Positions 13,168 to 22,988 of a stretch of 64,000 bases of DNA are shown piece after piece. Numbering within the stretch: position 1 is the first letter of the stretch; each line of letters opens with the position of its first letter. This stretch comes from Flavobacteriales bacterium (lineage in GTDB: Bacteria; Bacteroidota; Bacteroidia; Flavobacteriales_F; PHOS-HE28). The stretch is from positions 128,184 to 192,183 of the forward strand of contig JACJZJ010000001.1 of assembly GCA_020635675.1 (NCBI GenBank), written 5' to 3'. Position numbers and translations under genes: made by a program. Under the pieces are notes generated by a model, which was not told where the DNA came from, made no database searches, and saw only the letters and a program-made list of their open reading frames with translations.

Positions 13168-13437
13168 TTACCAGCTGGATTTGGTCACGCCGGGGATCTT
13201 TCCCTCGAGTGCCATCTGGCGCAGCATGTTGCGCGAGATGCCGAAGAGACGGACGTACCCTTTGGGCCGACCGGTGATCTGGCAGCGGTTGTGCAGACGC
13301 ACGTAGCTCGAATTGGCGGGCAGCTGCTGCAGCTTGTCCCACTCGCCGGCGGCTTTCAGCGCGGCGCGCTTGGCGGCATACTTTTCCACCATCTTGGCGC
13401 GTTTGCGCTCCCTCGCCTTCATGCTTTCCTTGGCCAT
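13168..13437 (-). CDS. rpsN: 30S ribosomal protein S14, long Cys-free (C-) form
   Basis: 89 aa with a single Cys and no CxxC pairs. Confidence 0.93.
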   Translation of the reverse strand: MAKESMKARERKRAKMVEKYAAKRAALKAAGEWDKLQQLPANSSYVRLHNRCQITGRPKGYVRLFGISRNMLRQMALEGKIPGVTKSSW

Positions 13438-13452
13438 GTCTGGTTCGGTCTC

Positions 13453-14013
13453 TTATTTCTTGTTGTCGGCAAAGGGGAACCCAAAGGCCTTCAGCAGGGC
13501 CTTGGCCTCTGTGTCGGTCTTGGCCGTGGTCACGAACGTGATGTCCATGCCCTGGATGCGATCCACCTTGTCGATGTCGATCTCCGGGAAGATGATCTGT
13601 TCCTTGACACCCATCGTGAAGTTGCCGCGACCGTCGAAACCCTTCGCGGGTACACCACGGAAGTCACGGGTACGTGGGAGGGCCACGGCGATCAGGCGGT
13701 CCAGGAATTCGTACATCCGGTCGCCGCGCAATGTGACACGTGCCCCGATGGGCATGCCCTTACGCAGCTTGAAGTTGCTGATATCCTTGCGCGAAACCGT
13801 GGGCACGGCCTTCTGACCGCTGATCACGGACATCTCGGCCACGGCCGCGTCCACGATCTTCTTGTCGCCCACTGCCGTGCCGAGGCCCTGGTTCAGGGCG
13901 ATCTTCACGAGGCGCGGCACCTGCATGGAGCTCTTGTATTTGAACTCCTTCAGAAGCGCCGGAGCGACCTCCTCCTGATACTTGTTGCGAAGACGGGGGC
14001 TGTAGGTGCTCAT
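13453..14013 (-). CDS. rplE: 50S ribosomal protein L5
   Basis: 186 aa, ...[21 protein letters not shown]... Confidence 0.97.
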   Translation of the reverse strand: MSTYSPRLRNKYQEEVAPALLKEFKYKSSMQVPRLVKIALNQGLGTAVGDKKIVDAAVAEMSVISGQKAVPTVSRKDISNFKLRKGMPIGARVTLRGDRMYEFLDRLIAVALPRTRDFRGVPAKGFDGRGNFTMGVKEQIIFPEIDIDKVDRIQGMDITFVTTAKTDTEAKALLKAFGFPFADNKK

Positions 14014-14336
14014 GACTTGATCACTTCTCCGGTGCGTTTGCTGAAGCGGGCGAGCTTGCCGTTCTTGTCCTCTTTGCGGCCCACGCGGGTGGGTTCCCCG
14101 CTCTTGGGGTCGATCAGCATGAGGTTGCTGATGTGGATCGGGCCTTCCTGATCGATGATGCCGCCCTGGGGGTTGGCGGTGGTGGGTTTGCTGTGCTTCT
14201 TGTGCACGTTCAGCCCCTCGACGATGGCGGTCATTCGTGTCCGGTCCACCTCGAGCACTCGACCCTCTCGGCCGCGGTCCTCACCAGCGATGGCCTTCAC
14301 CATGTCGCCCTTGCGAATATGTAGCTTCTTCTGCAT
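14010..14336 (-). CDS. rplX: 50S ribosomal protein L24
   Basis: 108 aa with a KOW motif, [22 protein letters not shown]... Confidence 0.95.
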   Translation of the reverse strand: MQKKLHIRKGDMVKAIAGEDRGREGRVLEVDRTRMTAIVEGLNVHKKHSKPTTANPQGGIIDQEGPIHISNLMLIDPKSGEPTRVGRKEDKNGKLARFSKRTGEVIKS

Positions 14337-14339
14337 GGC

Positions 14340-14708
14340 TCAGAGCACCTCGGGTGCCAATGAGATGATCTTCATGAACTTCTTCTCGCGGAGTTCCTTG
14401 GCCACCGGGCCGAAGATCCGCGTGCCGCGCATCTCGCCCTGTCCGTCGAGCAACACCACGGCGTTGTCATCGAAACGGATATAGCTGCCGTCCTTCCGAC
14501 GCAACTCCTTTCGCGTGCGGACGACAACGGCCTTGCTCACGGTGCCCTTCTTCGCGTTGCCATTTGGCATGGCGTCCTTGATCGAGACCACGATGGTATC
14601 GCCGATGCGCGCATAGCGACGGGCAGTGCCACCGAGCACCCGGATGCAAAGCACCTCCTTGGCGCCGCTGTTGTCGGCCACATTTAGCCGGGATTCCTGT
14701 TGGATCAT
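14340..14708 (-). CDS. rplN: 50S ribosomal protein L14
   Basis: 122 aa, [27 protein letters not shown]... Confidence 0.97.
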   Translation of the reverse strand: MIQQESRLNVADNSGAKEVLCIRVLGGTARRYARIGDTIVVSIKDAMPNGNAKKGTVSKAVVVRTRKELRRKDGSYIRFDDNAVVLLDGQGEMRGTRIFGPVAKELREKKFMKIISLAPEVL

Positions 14709-14723
14709 CGCTCGTTCGCTTGC

Positions 14724-14993
14724 TTATTTGGCACGTTCCATCACTTCGATCACCCGCCAGCATTTGTTCTTGCTGATCGGGCGGGTCTCCATGATCTTCA
14801 CGGTGTCGCCCACATGGCATTCCCCCTTTTCGTCGTGCGCCATGAACTTGCTGCTGCGCTTGACGAACTTGCCGTACTTGGGGTGCATGACCCGGCGCTC
14901 GACCGTCACCACGATGCTCTTTTCCATCTTATCGCTGGTGACGATGCCGATCCGTTCCTTCCTCAATTTGCGGTCCATGGCCGTGGTGGTCAT
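14724..14993 (-). CDS. rpsQ: 30S ribosomal protein S17
   Basis: 89 aa, ...[33 protein letters not shown]... Confidence 0.95.
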   Translation of the reverse strand: MTTTAMDRKLRKERIGIVTSDKMEKSIVVTVERRVMHPKYGKFVKRSSKFMAHDEKGECHVGDTVKIMETRPISKNKCWRVIEVMERAK

Positions 14994-15199
14994 TGTTTGT
15001 TCTGCTTGATCTCGCGGGCGCGCATCTCGGTCAGCACACGTGCGACTTCCTTGCGGTGGACACGCATCTTCATGGGGTTGTCCACCGGGGATACCGCATG
15101 ATCGAACCGCATCTTGCGCAGCGTGTCACGTTCCTCCTGGAGTTTGTCCTGCAACTCCTGGAGCGTGAGGTCCTTCAATTCAGTGCCTTGCTTTTTCAT
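14990..15199 (-). CDS. rpmC: 50S ribosomal protein L29
   Basis: 69 aa. Its stop overlaps the rpsQ start (ATGA). Confidence 0.93.
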   Translation of the reverse strand: MKKQGTELKDLTLQELQDKLQEERDTLRKMRFDHAVSPVDNPMKMRVHRKEVARVLTEMRAREIKQNKQ

Positions 15200-15211
15200 G
15201 GCTCAAAGGCT

Positions 15212-15637
15212 TCAGGCCTTGATGTCGATGTCCTCGCGGACAACGAACTTGGTCTTGATCGGGAGCTTTTGTGCGGCCAGTCGGAGCGCTTCCTTGGCGG
15301 TCTCCATGGGAACGCCGTCCGCTTCGAAGATGATCCGGCCCTTGTTCACCACGGCCACCCAATGGTCCAGGGCGCCCTTGCCCTTACCCATTCGGACCTC
15401 GGCGGGTTTGGAGGTTACCGGCTTGTCCGGGAATACCTTGATCCAGACCTGGCCTTCACGCTTCATGTGTCGTGTAAGTGCGACACGAGCGGCCTCGATC
15501 TGGCGACTTGTCAGCCACACGGATTCGAGGGCCTTCAGGCCGTAGGAGCCCAGGGATACACGGTGACCGCGTTGGGCCATGCCCTTCATTCGGCCCTTGT
15601 GCATGTTGCGGCGGCGGGAGCGCTTCGGTTGCAGCAT
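15212..15637 (-). CDS. rplP: 50S ribosomal protein L16
   Basis: 141 aa, [24 protein letters not shown]... Confidence 0.97.
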   Translation of the reverse strand: MLQPKRSRRRNMHKGRMKGMAQRGHRVSLGSYGLKALESVWLTSRQIEAARVALTRHMKREGQVWIKVFPDKPVTSKPAEVRMGKGKGALDHWVAVVNKGRIIFEADGVPMETAKEALRLAAQKLPIKTKFVVREDIDIKA

Positions 15638-15642
15638 CGCTA

Positions 15643-16371
15643 TCAGGCTTTGGGGTTACGCGGACCACGGCGAGCACCACCACGGCGTTCACCGCGCGGT
15701 ACTTTCGGTCCTTTTTGTTGGCCGGCATTCGGGCTCAGGTCCTTCTTGCCGAAGACCTCACCGCGGCAGATCCAGCACTTCACGCCGATCCGCCCCATCT
15801 TGGTATGGGCTTCGGCAATGGCGAAGTCGATGTCCGCGCGAAGCGTATGCAGAGGCACGCGTCCGTCGCGGTATTTCTCCGTGCGGGCGATCTCGGCGCC
15901 ATTGAGGCGGCCGCTCACTTGCAGCTTGATACCCTCGGCACCCATGCGCATCGTGCTGGCCACGGCCATCTTCATGGCACGGCGGAAGCTGATCCGGCCT
16001 TCGAGCTGGCGGGCGATGCTGTCGGCGACCAGCCGCGCATCGAGCTCGGGGCGCTTGATCTCGAAGATGTTGATCTGGACGTCCTTTCCGGTGAATTTCT
16101 TGAGCTCCTCCCGCAGCTTGTCCACCTCCGTGCCGCCCTTCCCGATGATCACACCCGGACGTGCGGTGTTGATGGTGACGGTGACCAGTTTGAGGGTGCG
16201 CTCGATGATGATCTTGCTGACGCTCGCCTTTTTCAGACGCGTCATCAGGTATTGGCGGATCCGCTCGTCCTCGACCAGCTTATCGGTGTAATCGTTACCG
16301 CCGTACCAATTGCTGTCCCAGCCCTTGATGAAGCCGAGGCGTTGTCCGATCGGATGTGCTTTCTGTCCCAT
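15643..16371 (-). CDS. rpsC: 30S ribosomal protein S3
   Basis: 242 aa with a KH domain, [24 protein letters not shown]... Confidence 0.97.
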   Translation of the reverse strand: MGQKAHPIGQRLGFIKGWDSNWYGGNDYTDKLVEDERIRQYLMTRLKKASVSKIIIERTLKLVTVTINTARPGVIIGKGGTEVDKLREELKKFTGKDVQINIFEIKRPELDARLVADSIARQLEGRISFRRAMKMAVASTMRMGAEGIKLQVSGRLNGAEIARTEKYRDGRVPLHTLRADIDFAIAEAHTKMGRIGVKCWICRGEVFGKKDLSPNAGQQKGPKVPRGERRGGARRGPRNPKA

Positions 16372-16388
16372 GGTTCGTTCTCTCGGGC

Positions 16389-16784
16389 TTATTGGGCGGA
16401 ATCGACGATGAGGGTGACGTGATTGCTGCGCTTGCGCATGCGGTAAGCGCGGCCTTGTGGTGCGGGAAGCATGCGCTTCAACGAACGAGCCTCGTCCACC
16501 TGCACCGAGCGTACCACCAAGTTGGCCGCCTCGGCCTTCTGACCCTCGTGCTTGGTCTCCCAGTTGGCGATCGCCGAACGGAGGAGTTTCTCAAGGTCCC
16601 GACTGCTGTGGCGCGTGCTGAAGCGGAGGATGTCGAGCGCACGACCCACCTCGACACCACGGATCAGATCGGCCACTTGGCGCATCCGGCGTGGGCTGGT
16701 GGGCACATTGCGAAGCCGCGCGATCGCGACCTGCTTCATGGCCTCTTTGCGGGCTTCTGCGGAATTCTTCTTGCGGGCTCCCAT
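16389..16784 (-). CDS. rplV: 50S ribosomal protein L22
   Basis: 131 aa. Confidence 0.95.
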   Translation of the reverse strand: MGARKKNSAEARKEAMKQVAIARLRNVPTSPRRMRQVADLIRGVEVGRALDILRFSTRHSSRDLEKLLRSAIANWETKHEGQKAEAANLVVRSVQVDEARSLKRMLPAPQGRAYRMRKRSNHVTLIVDSAQ

Positions 16785-16791
16785 CGTTGCG

Positions 16792-17061
16792 TCAGTTCTT
16801 CTTGTTACCGGAGTGCCCGCGGAAGGTGCGTGTGGGTGCGAACTCGCCCAACTTATGCCCCACCATGTTCTCGGTCACGTAGACCGGAATGAACTTGTTG
16901 CCGTTGTGCACGGCGAAGGTCAGACCGACGAATTCGGGTGTGATGGTACTGGTACGCGACCAGGTCTTGATCACATTCTTCTTGCCCGACGTCTGGGCAT
17001 CGCTCACGCGACGGGCCAGCTTGTAGTGCACGAAGGGGGGTTTCTTCAGCGAACGGCTCAT
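16792..17061 (-). CDS. rpsS: 30S ribosomal protein S19
   Basis: 89 aa, [15 protein letters not shown]... Confidence 0.97.
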   Translation of the reverse strand: MSRSLKKPPFVHYKLARRVSDAQTSGKKNVIKTWSRTSTITPEFVGLTFAVHNGNKFIPVYVTENMVGHKLGEFAPTRTFRGHSGNKKN

Positions 17062-17067
17062 GGTCTA

Positions 17068-17907
17068 TCAGATGGCAGCGCCCTTCTTGTTGCGGCGCGC
17101 GATGATGAACTTGTTGTTCGGGTTCTTTGGATGGCGGGTCTTCTTTCCTTTGGCGTACAGACCTTTGCGGCTGCGGGGATGGCCTCCGGAGGCGCGTCCC
17201 TCGCCACCGCCCATCGGATGGTCCACCGGGTTCATCGCCACGGCGCGCGTGCGGGGGCGCCGACCTTTCCAACGACTGCGGCCCGCTTTACCGCTCTTCT
17301 GCAGCATATGTTCCGAATTGCCGACGGTGCCCACGGTGGCGAGACACTCGCACAGCACCATGCGCACCTCACCACTCGGCATCTTCAGGGTGGCGTACTT
17401 CCCCTCCCGTGCGTTCAGTTGGGCGAACGTGCCCGCACTGCGAGCCATCGCTCCGCCCTTGCCCGGTTTGAGCTCGATGTTGTGCACCAGCGTGCCAAGG
17501 GGGATCTCGGCCAGCGGCAGCGTGTTACCTACTTCGGGCGGCACACCCTTGCCGCTTTGGATCTGCTGACCGACCTTCAACCCGTTCGGTGCGAGGATAT
17601 AGCGTTTCTCCCCATCGGCATAGAACAGGAGGGCGATGCGGGCACTCCGGTTCGGATCGTACTCGATGCTCTTGACCGTGGCCGGAATGCCATGCTTGTT
17701 GCGCTTCAGGTCGATGGCACGGAAACGCTGCTTGTGACCACCACCGATGTAGCGCATGGTCATCTTGCCCTGGTTGTTCCGGCCGCCGCTCTTGGTGCGC
17801 CCCTTCGTCAGGGATGCTTCCGGAGCCTTCTTGGCGACACCCTCGAAGTCGGTGATCACCCGGTGGCGGGTGCCGGGGGTGACGGGGTTCAGTTTGCGTA
17901 CGCCCAT
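17068..17907 (-). CDS. rplB: 50S ribosomal protein L2
   Basis: 279 aa, ...[26 protein letters not shown]... Confidence 0.97.
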   Translation of the reverse strand: MGVRKLNPVTPGTRHRVITDFEGVAKKAPEASLTKGRTKSGGRNNQGKMTMRYIGGGHKQRFRAIDLKRNKHGIPATVKSIEYDPNRSARIALLFYADGEKRYILAPNGLKVGQQIQSGKGVPPEVGNTLPLAEIPLGTLVHNIELKPGKGGAMARSAGTFAQLNAREGKYATLKMPSGEVRMVLCECLATVGTVGNSEHMLQKSGKAGRSRWKGRRPRTRAVAMNPVDHPMGGGEGRASGGHPRSRKGLYAKGKKTRHPKNPNNKFIIARRNKKGAAI

Positions 17908-17930
17908 GGTCGTTCGGTGGTTCTCAGGGG

Positions 17931-18224
17931 TCAGATGCTGCTGTACAGGTCGATGGTCTCACCGTCCTGAAGTGTAACGATGGCCTTCTTATAGGCCGAC
18001 GTGCGGCCGCGCAGGATGTCGGTCTTCGTGTAGCGCGTGCGCGACTTCCCACGGACGATCATGGTGCGAATGCCCGTGACGGTCACACCGTACGCCTTCT
18101 CGATGGCGTCCTTGATCTGCACCTTGTTGCTATCACGGTCCACCACGAAGCCATACCTGCCCTCCTTCTCGCTTTGGGCGGTCATCTTCTCGGTGATGAT
18201 CGGACGGATGAGGATCTGGTCCAT
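17931..18224 (-). CDS. rplW: 50S ribosomal protein L23
   Basis: 97 aa. Confidence 0.95.
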   Translation of the reverse strand: MDQILIRPIITEKMTAQSEKEGRYGFVVDRDSNKVQIKDAIEKAYGVTVTGIRTMIVRGKSRTRYTKTDILRGRTSAYKKAIVTLQDGETIDLYSSI

Positions 18225-18227
18225 GGT

Positions 18228-18857
18228 CTACTTGGTGAGTGTAGCCTCCAGCGGAGCGATCGCGTCCTTCACGATCAGCACGCCATTGGCGTTCATGATA
18301 TCGTACGTGCTCAGTTCAGAAGCGGTGATCACGCGTGCGCCGGGTATGTTCCGTGAGCTCAACCGGATGTTCTCATCAACGGCAGGAACGACGACGAGCG
18401 CCTTGCGCATGCCGAGTTCAAAGGACCTCAGGATGCCCGCGAACTCCTTCGTTTTCGGAGTACCGAGGCTCATTCCGTCGAGCACCTTGATGGAGCCGTC
18501 CTTCACCTTGTGGCTGAGCGCGCTACGCCGGGCCAGGTCCTTCACTTTCCTGTTGAGCTTGAAGGAGTAATCACGCGGCTTTGGGCCGAAGATGCGGGCG
18601 CCACCCTTGAACAGTGGATTCTTGATGCTGCCCTTGCGTGATCCCCCCGTACCCTTCTGACGATGCAGTTTCTTCGAGGACCCGCTCACCTCGCTCTTCT
18701 CGAGGGTCTTGTGCGTACCCTGGCGTTTGTTGGCCAGATGCTGTTTGACGTCCAACCAGATCGCATGGTCGTTGGGCTCGATGGCGAAGATGGCATCGCT
18801 GAGCTTCGCCTTCTTGCCGGTGGCCTTCCCGTCGGTGCTGTAGATCTCGAGCTCCAT
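18228..18857 (-). CDS. rplD: 50S ribosomal protein L4
   Basis: 209 aa. Confidence 0.95.
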   Translation of the reverse strand: MELEIYSTDGKATGKKAKLSDAIFAIEPNDHAIWLDVKQHLANKRQGTHKTLEKSEVSGSSKKLHRQKGTGGSRKGSIKNPLFKGGARIFGPKPRDYSFKLNRKVKDLARRSALSHKVKDGSIKVLDGMSLGTPKTKEFAGILRSFELGMRKALVVVPAVDENIRLSSRNIPGARVITASELSTYDIMNANGVLIVKDAIAPLEATLTK

Positions 18858-18858
18858 C

Positions 18859-19479
18859 TTATTTCCAGATGATCACGGTACTGCCTTTGGCGCCGGGTAC
18901 CGACCCCTTCACCATCATGAGGTTCCGTTCCTTGTCCAACTTCACGACCTGCAGGTTCTCGGTGGTCTCCTGCTTGCCGCCGGTCCGGCCGGCCATGCGC
19001 AATCCTTTGAAGACGCGGCTCGGGTAGGAGGACCCTCCGAGCGATCCGGGAGCGCGCGAACGGTCGTGCTGACCGTGGGTGGACTCGCCGATACCGCCGA
19101 AGCCATGGCGCTTCACCACGCCCTGGAACCCTTTCCCCTTGCTGGTGCCGGTCACGGTGACGAACCCGCCCTCCTCGAAAAGACCGGTCAATTCAACCAC
19201 ATCCCCGGGCTTCAGGGATCCTTCGAACTCCTTGAACTCGTGCGCCACCCGTTTCGGGGAGGTGCCGGCCTTCTTAAAGTGTCCTTTGAGCGCGGCGGGT
19301 GTGTTCTTCTCCTTCCGCTCTCCAAAGGCCAGCTGAACGGCTTCATAGCCATCCTTCTCCTTGGTCTTCACCTGGGTGACAACACAAGGCCCCGCCTCAA
19401 TGACGGTGCAACCCACCAGTTGTCCTGCACTGTCGTACAGGCTGGTCATCCCGATCTTCTTGCCGATCAATCCGCTCAT
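18859..19479 (-). CDS. rplC: 50S ribosomal protein L3
   Basis: 206 aa, [16 protein letters not shown]... Confidence 0.97.
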   Translation of the reverse strand: MSGLIGKKIGMTSLYDSAGQLVGCTVIEAGPCVVTQVKTKEKDGYEAVQLAFGERKEKNTPAALKGHFKKAGTSPKRVAHEFKEFEGSLKPGDVVELTGLFEEGGFVTVTGTSKGKGFQGVVKRHGFGGIGESTHGQHDRSRAPGSLGGSSYPSRVFKGLRMAGRTGGKQETTENLQVVKLDKERNLMMVKGSVPGAKGSTVIIWK

Positions 19480-19499
19480 GGCTTCGTTTCTTTAATCGG

Positions 19500-19805
19500 T
19501 CAGACCTTGATCTCGACGTCCACGCCGCTGGGAAGTTCGAGCTTCATCAGCGCGTCGATCGTCTTGCTGGAGGAACTATAGATGTCCATCAGGCGCTTGT
19601 AGCTGCACAGTTGGAACTGCTCGCGCGCCTTCTTGTTGACGTGCGGCGAGCGGAGCACCGTGAAGATGCGCTTGTGCGTGGGTAGCGGAATGGGACCGCT
19701 GACGACAGCGCCCGTGCTCTTCACCGTCTTGACGATCTTCTCGGCGCTCTTGTCGACGAGATTGTGATCGTAGGACCGTAGCTTGATCCGGATCTTTTGG
19801 GTCAT
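19500..19805 (-). CDS. rpsJ: 30S ribosomal protein S10
   Basis: 101 aa, [25 protein letters not shown]... It starts 14 nt after the fusA stop. Confidence 0.97.
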   Translation of the reverse strand: MTQKIRIKLRSYDHNLVDKSAEKIVKTVKSTGAVVSGPIPLPTHKRIFTVLRSPHVNKKAREQFQLCSYKRLMDIYSSSSKTIDALMKLELPSGVDVEIKV

Positions 19806-19819
19806 CGCGAGGGTTCTGC

Positions 19820-21928
19820 TTAGGCTGAAACTTTACCACGCACCTTGGCCAGCACGGCCTCGGTGATGTTGTTCGGTGCTTGTTCGTAATGGCTGAACTC
19901 CATGGTGCTGCTCGCACGACCGGAACTCAGGGTCCGTAGGGAGGTGACGTAGCCGAACATCTCGCTCAAGGGCACCTTGCCCTTGATGGCCTTGGCCCCG
20001 GCGCGGTCCTCCATGCCTTCGATCTGACCCCGGCGACGGTTCAGGTCGCCGACGATATCGCCCATGTTCTCCTCGGGGGTCACCACCTCGATCTTCATGA
20101 TGGGCTCGAGCAGCACGGGTTTTGCCTTGGGCAACGCGGTGCGGAAAGCGGACTTCGCACAGATCTCGAAGCTGAGCGCATCGGAGTCCACGTTGTGGAA
20201 ACTGCCGTCGTAGAGGGTCACCTTCAGGCTCTCCATCGGGTAACCGGCGAGCACGCCGTTGTTGAGGGAGGCATCAAAGCCCTTGGATACGGCGGGGATG
20301 AATTCGCGGGGGATCACACCACCCTTGATCTCATCGATGAACTCAAGGCCGGTCTTGGCCGGGTCGGTCTGCGGCTCGATGCGCACATGGATGTCGGCGA
20401 ACTTACCTCGCCCACCGGTCTGCTTCTTGTACAGTTCGCGGTGCTCCACCGTGGTGGTGATGGCCTCCTTGTATTTGACTTGAGGTGCGCCCTGGTTGCA
20501 CTCGACCTTGAACTCGCGCCTCAGGCGGTCGACGATGATCTCGAGGTGCAGTTCACCCATTCCGCTGATCACGGTCTGGCCGGTCTCATCGTCCGTATGC
20601 ACCTTGAACGTGGGATCCTCCTCGGCCAGTTTGCTCAGGGCGTTGCCCAACTTGTCCATGTCAGCCTGGCTCTTGGGCTCCACGGCGATGCCGATCACCG
20701 GGTCAGGGAAGCTCATGCTCTCCAGTACCACCGGTTTGTCCTCCGAACAGAGGGTGTCACCCGTACGAATGTCCTTGAAGCCCACCGCAGCACCGATATC
20801 GCCCGCCTCGATCACCTCCACGGGATTCTGCTTGTTGGAGTGCATCTGGAAAATGCGGCTGATGCGCTCTTTGCGACCGGTACGCATGTTCAGCACGTAG
20901 CTGCCTGCATCGACCTTGCCACTGTAGCAACGGAAGAACGCCAGACGGCCCACGTACGGGTCGGTGGCTATCTTGAAGGCGAGGGATGACATGGGCTCCT
21001 CGGTGGTGGGCTTGCGCAGGATGGTATCACCACTGTCCGGGTCTGTGCCGGAAACAGCTTCAATGTCGACCGGGCTAGGGAGGTAGGCCATGACCGCGTC
21101 CAACATGGTCTGCACCCCTTTGTTCTTGAAGGCCGATCCACAAAGGATCGGGGTGATGCTCATGTTGATGGTGCTCTTTCGGATGGCGTTCATGATCTCC
21201 GCCTCGGTCAGGCTGTCCGGGTCGGCGAAGTACTTCTCCATCAACGAATCATCGCTCTCCGCGACCGACTCGATCAGCTTGTCTCGCCATTCCTTCACGG
21301 TGTCAGCGAGGTCGTCAGGAATGGGCACCTCGGTCCAGGTCATTCCCTGGTCCGCCTCGTTCCAGACCATGCCGCGGTTGTTGATCAGGTCCACCACCCC
21401 CTTGAAGTTGGCTTCCGCACCGATGGGCACCTGAAGGGGGACCGGATTGGCCCCGAGGCGCTCACGGATCTGCTGCACCACACTGAAGAAGTCCGCTCCG
21501 CTGCGGTCCATCTTGTTGACGAATCCGATCCGTGGTACCTTGTATTTGTTGGCCTGGCGCCATACGGTCTCGCTTTGAGGCTCCACGCCGCCCACGGCAC
21601 AGAAAAGTGCAACGGCACCGTCGAGCACCCGAAGACTGCGCTCCACCTCCACGGTGAAGTCAACGTGTCCCGGGGTATCGATCAGGTTCACCTTGTATTG
21701 GTCGTCACGGTAGTTCCAGAAGGTGGTCGTTGCTGCGCTGGTGATGGTGATCCCACGTTCCTGCTCCTGCTCCATCCAGTCCATGGTGGCGGCTCCATCA
21801 TGCACCTCTCCGATCTTGTGGACCAGGCCGGTGTAATACAGGATGCGCTCGGACGTGGTGGTCTTCCCGGCATCGATGTGGGCCATGATGCCGATGTTTC
21901 GCGTGTATTTGAGGTCCCGTTTGGACAT
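19820..21928 (-). CDS. fusA: translation elongation factor G
   Basis: 702 aa with G-domain motifs [14 protein letters not shown] and NKMD, ...[23 protein letters not shown]... Confidence 0.98.
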   Translation of the reverse strand: MSKRDLKYTRNIGIMAHIDAGKTTTSERILYYTGLVHKIGEVHDGAATMDWMEQEQERGITITSAATTTFWNYRDDQYKVNLIDTPGHVDFTVEVERSLRVLDGAVALFCAVGGVEPQSETVWRQANKYKVPRIGFVNKMDRSGADFFSVVQQIRERLGANPVPLQVPIGAEANFKGVVDLINNRGMVWNEADQGMTWTEVPIPDDLADTVKEWRDKLIESVAESDDSLMEKYFADPDSLTEAEIMNAIRKSTINMSITPILCGSAFKNKGVQTMLDAVMAYLPSPVDIEAVSGTDPDSGDTILRKPTTEEPMSSLAFKIATDPYVGRLAFFRCYSGKVDAGSYVLNMRTGRKERISRIFQMHSNKQNPVEVIEAGDIGAAVGFKDIRTGDTLCSEDKPVVLESMSFPDPVIGIAVEPKSQADMDKLGNALSKLAEEDPTFKVHTDDETGQTVISGMGELHLEIIVDRLRREFKVECNQGAPQVKYKEAITTTVEHRELYKKQTGGRGKFADIHVRIEPQTDPAKTGLEFIDEIKGGVIPREFIPAVSKGFDASLNNGVLAGYPMESLKVTLYDGSFHNVDSDALSFEICAKSAFRTALPKAKPVLLEPIMKIEVVTPEENMGDIVGDLNRRRGQIEGMEDRAGAKAIKGKVPLSEMFGYVTSLRTLSSGRASSTMEFSHYEQAPNNITEAVLAKVRGKVSA

Positions 21929-21943
21929 GGTCTTCCGGTGGGC

Positions 21944-22414
21944 TTAGAAGCGGAAATGGCTGAACGCCTTGTTGGCCTCGGCCATCTTGTGGGTCTCTTC
22001 CTTCTTCTTGAATGCGCCACCCTCTTCACGGGCGGCGGCCATGATCTCCTGGGCGAGGCGTGTAGCCATGCCCTTCTCGTTCCTGTTGCGACTGTAGCCG
22101 ATCAACCATTTCATGGCCAGGCTCCGCTTCCGGTCGTCACGCACGGGTTGTGGGATCTGGAAGTTGGCACCACCCACCCTGCGGGTGCGCACCTCCACTT
22201 GCGGGGTGACGTTGGTCAGGGCCTTGCGCCAGACCTCCAAGCCATCCTCGCCGGTCTTTTCGGCAACGATGTCCAGCGCCTCGTAGAAGATGCCGAAAGC
22301 CTTGTTCTTCTTGCCTTCCCACATCAGGTTGTTCACGAACTTGGTCACGACCACATCGCCGAACTTGGGGTCCGGCAGTGTGGTGACGAAGCGGTTGGTC
22401 GATGTTTTCCTCAT
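21944..22414 (-). CDS. rpsG: 30S ribosomal protein S7
   Basis: 156 aa. Confidence 0.97.
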   Translation of the reverse strand: MRKTSTNRFVTTLPDPKFGDVVVTKFVNNLMWEGKKNKAFGIFYEALDIVAEKTGEDGLEVWRKALTNVTPQVEVRTRRVGGANFQIPQPVRDDRKRSLAMKWLIGYSRNRNEKGMATRLAQEIMAAAREEGGAFKKKEETHKMAEANKAFSHFRF

Positions 22415-22429
22415 AGCTCGGGCGTGACC

Positions 22430-22804
22430 TTATTTCTTCGGGCGCTTTGTGCCGTACTTGGAGCGACGTTGATTGCGGCCTTCGACACCAGCGGTATCGA
22501 GCACGCCACGAACGATGTGGTACTTCACACCGGGCAGGTCCTTCACGCGACCACCACGCACAAGCACGATGCTGTGTTCCTGCAGATTGTGACCCTCACC
22601 ACCGATGTAGGCGATCACCTCGTATCCGTTCACCAAACGCACCTTGGCCACCTTGCGAAGCGCCGAGTTCGGCTTCTTCGGTGTGGTGGTGTACACCTTG
22701 GTGCAAACGCCGCGGCGTTGCGGGCAGCTCGTCAGGGCCACCGACTTGCTCTTGTACCGCGCCTTCTCGCGGCCGTTCCGGATCAGCTGTTGGATCGTAG
22801 GCAT
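22430..22804 (-). CDS. rpsL: 30S ribosomal protein S12
   Basis: [14 protein letters not shown]... gives 124 aa. The ORF-track start at 22870 adds 22 spurious residues and runs into the promoter. Confidence 0.95.
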   Translation of the reverse strand: MPTIQQLIRNGREKARYKSKSVALTSCPQRRGVCTKVYTTTPKKPNSALRKVAKVRLVNGYEVIAYIGGEGHNLQEHSIVLVRGGRVKDLPGVKYHIVRGVLDTAGVEGRNQRRSKYGTKRPKK

Positions 22805-22867
22805 GAAGCTCCGTTTCGTCCTGTTTATCAGCCGTTTCCGCCCATGGCTCGGGCAAAAAACGGGCTG

Positions 22868-22896
22868 CAAATGTAGGAGATCTTCCTTTCAAACAA
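22868..22896 (-). promoter_or_regulatory. Bacteroidota-type sigma-A promoter of the ribosomal super-operon: TTG (-33), an 18-nt spacer, TACATTTG (-7)
   Basis: The minus strand reads cgcaTTGtttgaaaggaagatctccTACATTTGcagccc. This matches the TTG...TAnnTTTG consensus described for Bacteroidetes and lies about 65 nt upstream of the rpsL ATG. Confidence 0.55.
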
Positions 22897-22988
22897 TGCG
22901 GTGTTGAAGGAATTTTCAGCTCCATCCGCAAGAACTTCAGGTGGTTGCGACCGGCGATGGGATCGGCCGGATAAGTGCTAGGTCGGCC

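Noticed and set aside
22596-22931. ORFs 22596..22931 (-) and 22644..22907 (+) across the rpsL 5' end and leader.
   Set aside because: They overlap the conserved S12 N-terminus and the promoter, and their composition is junk.
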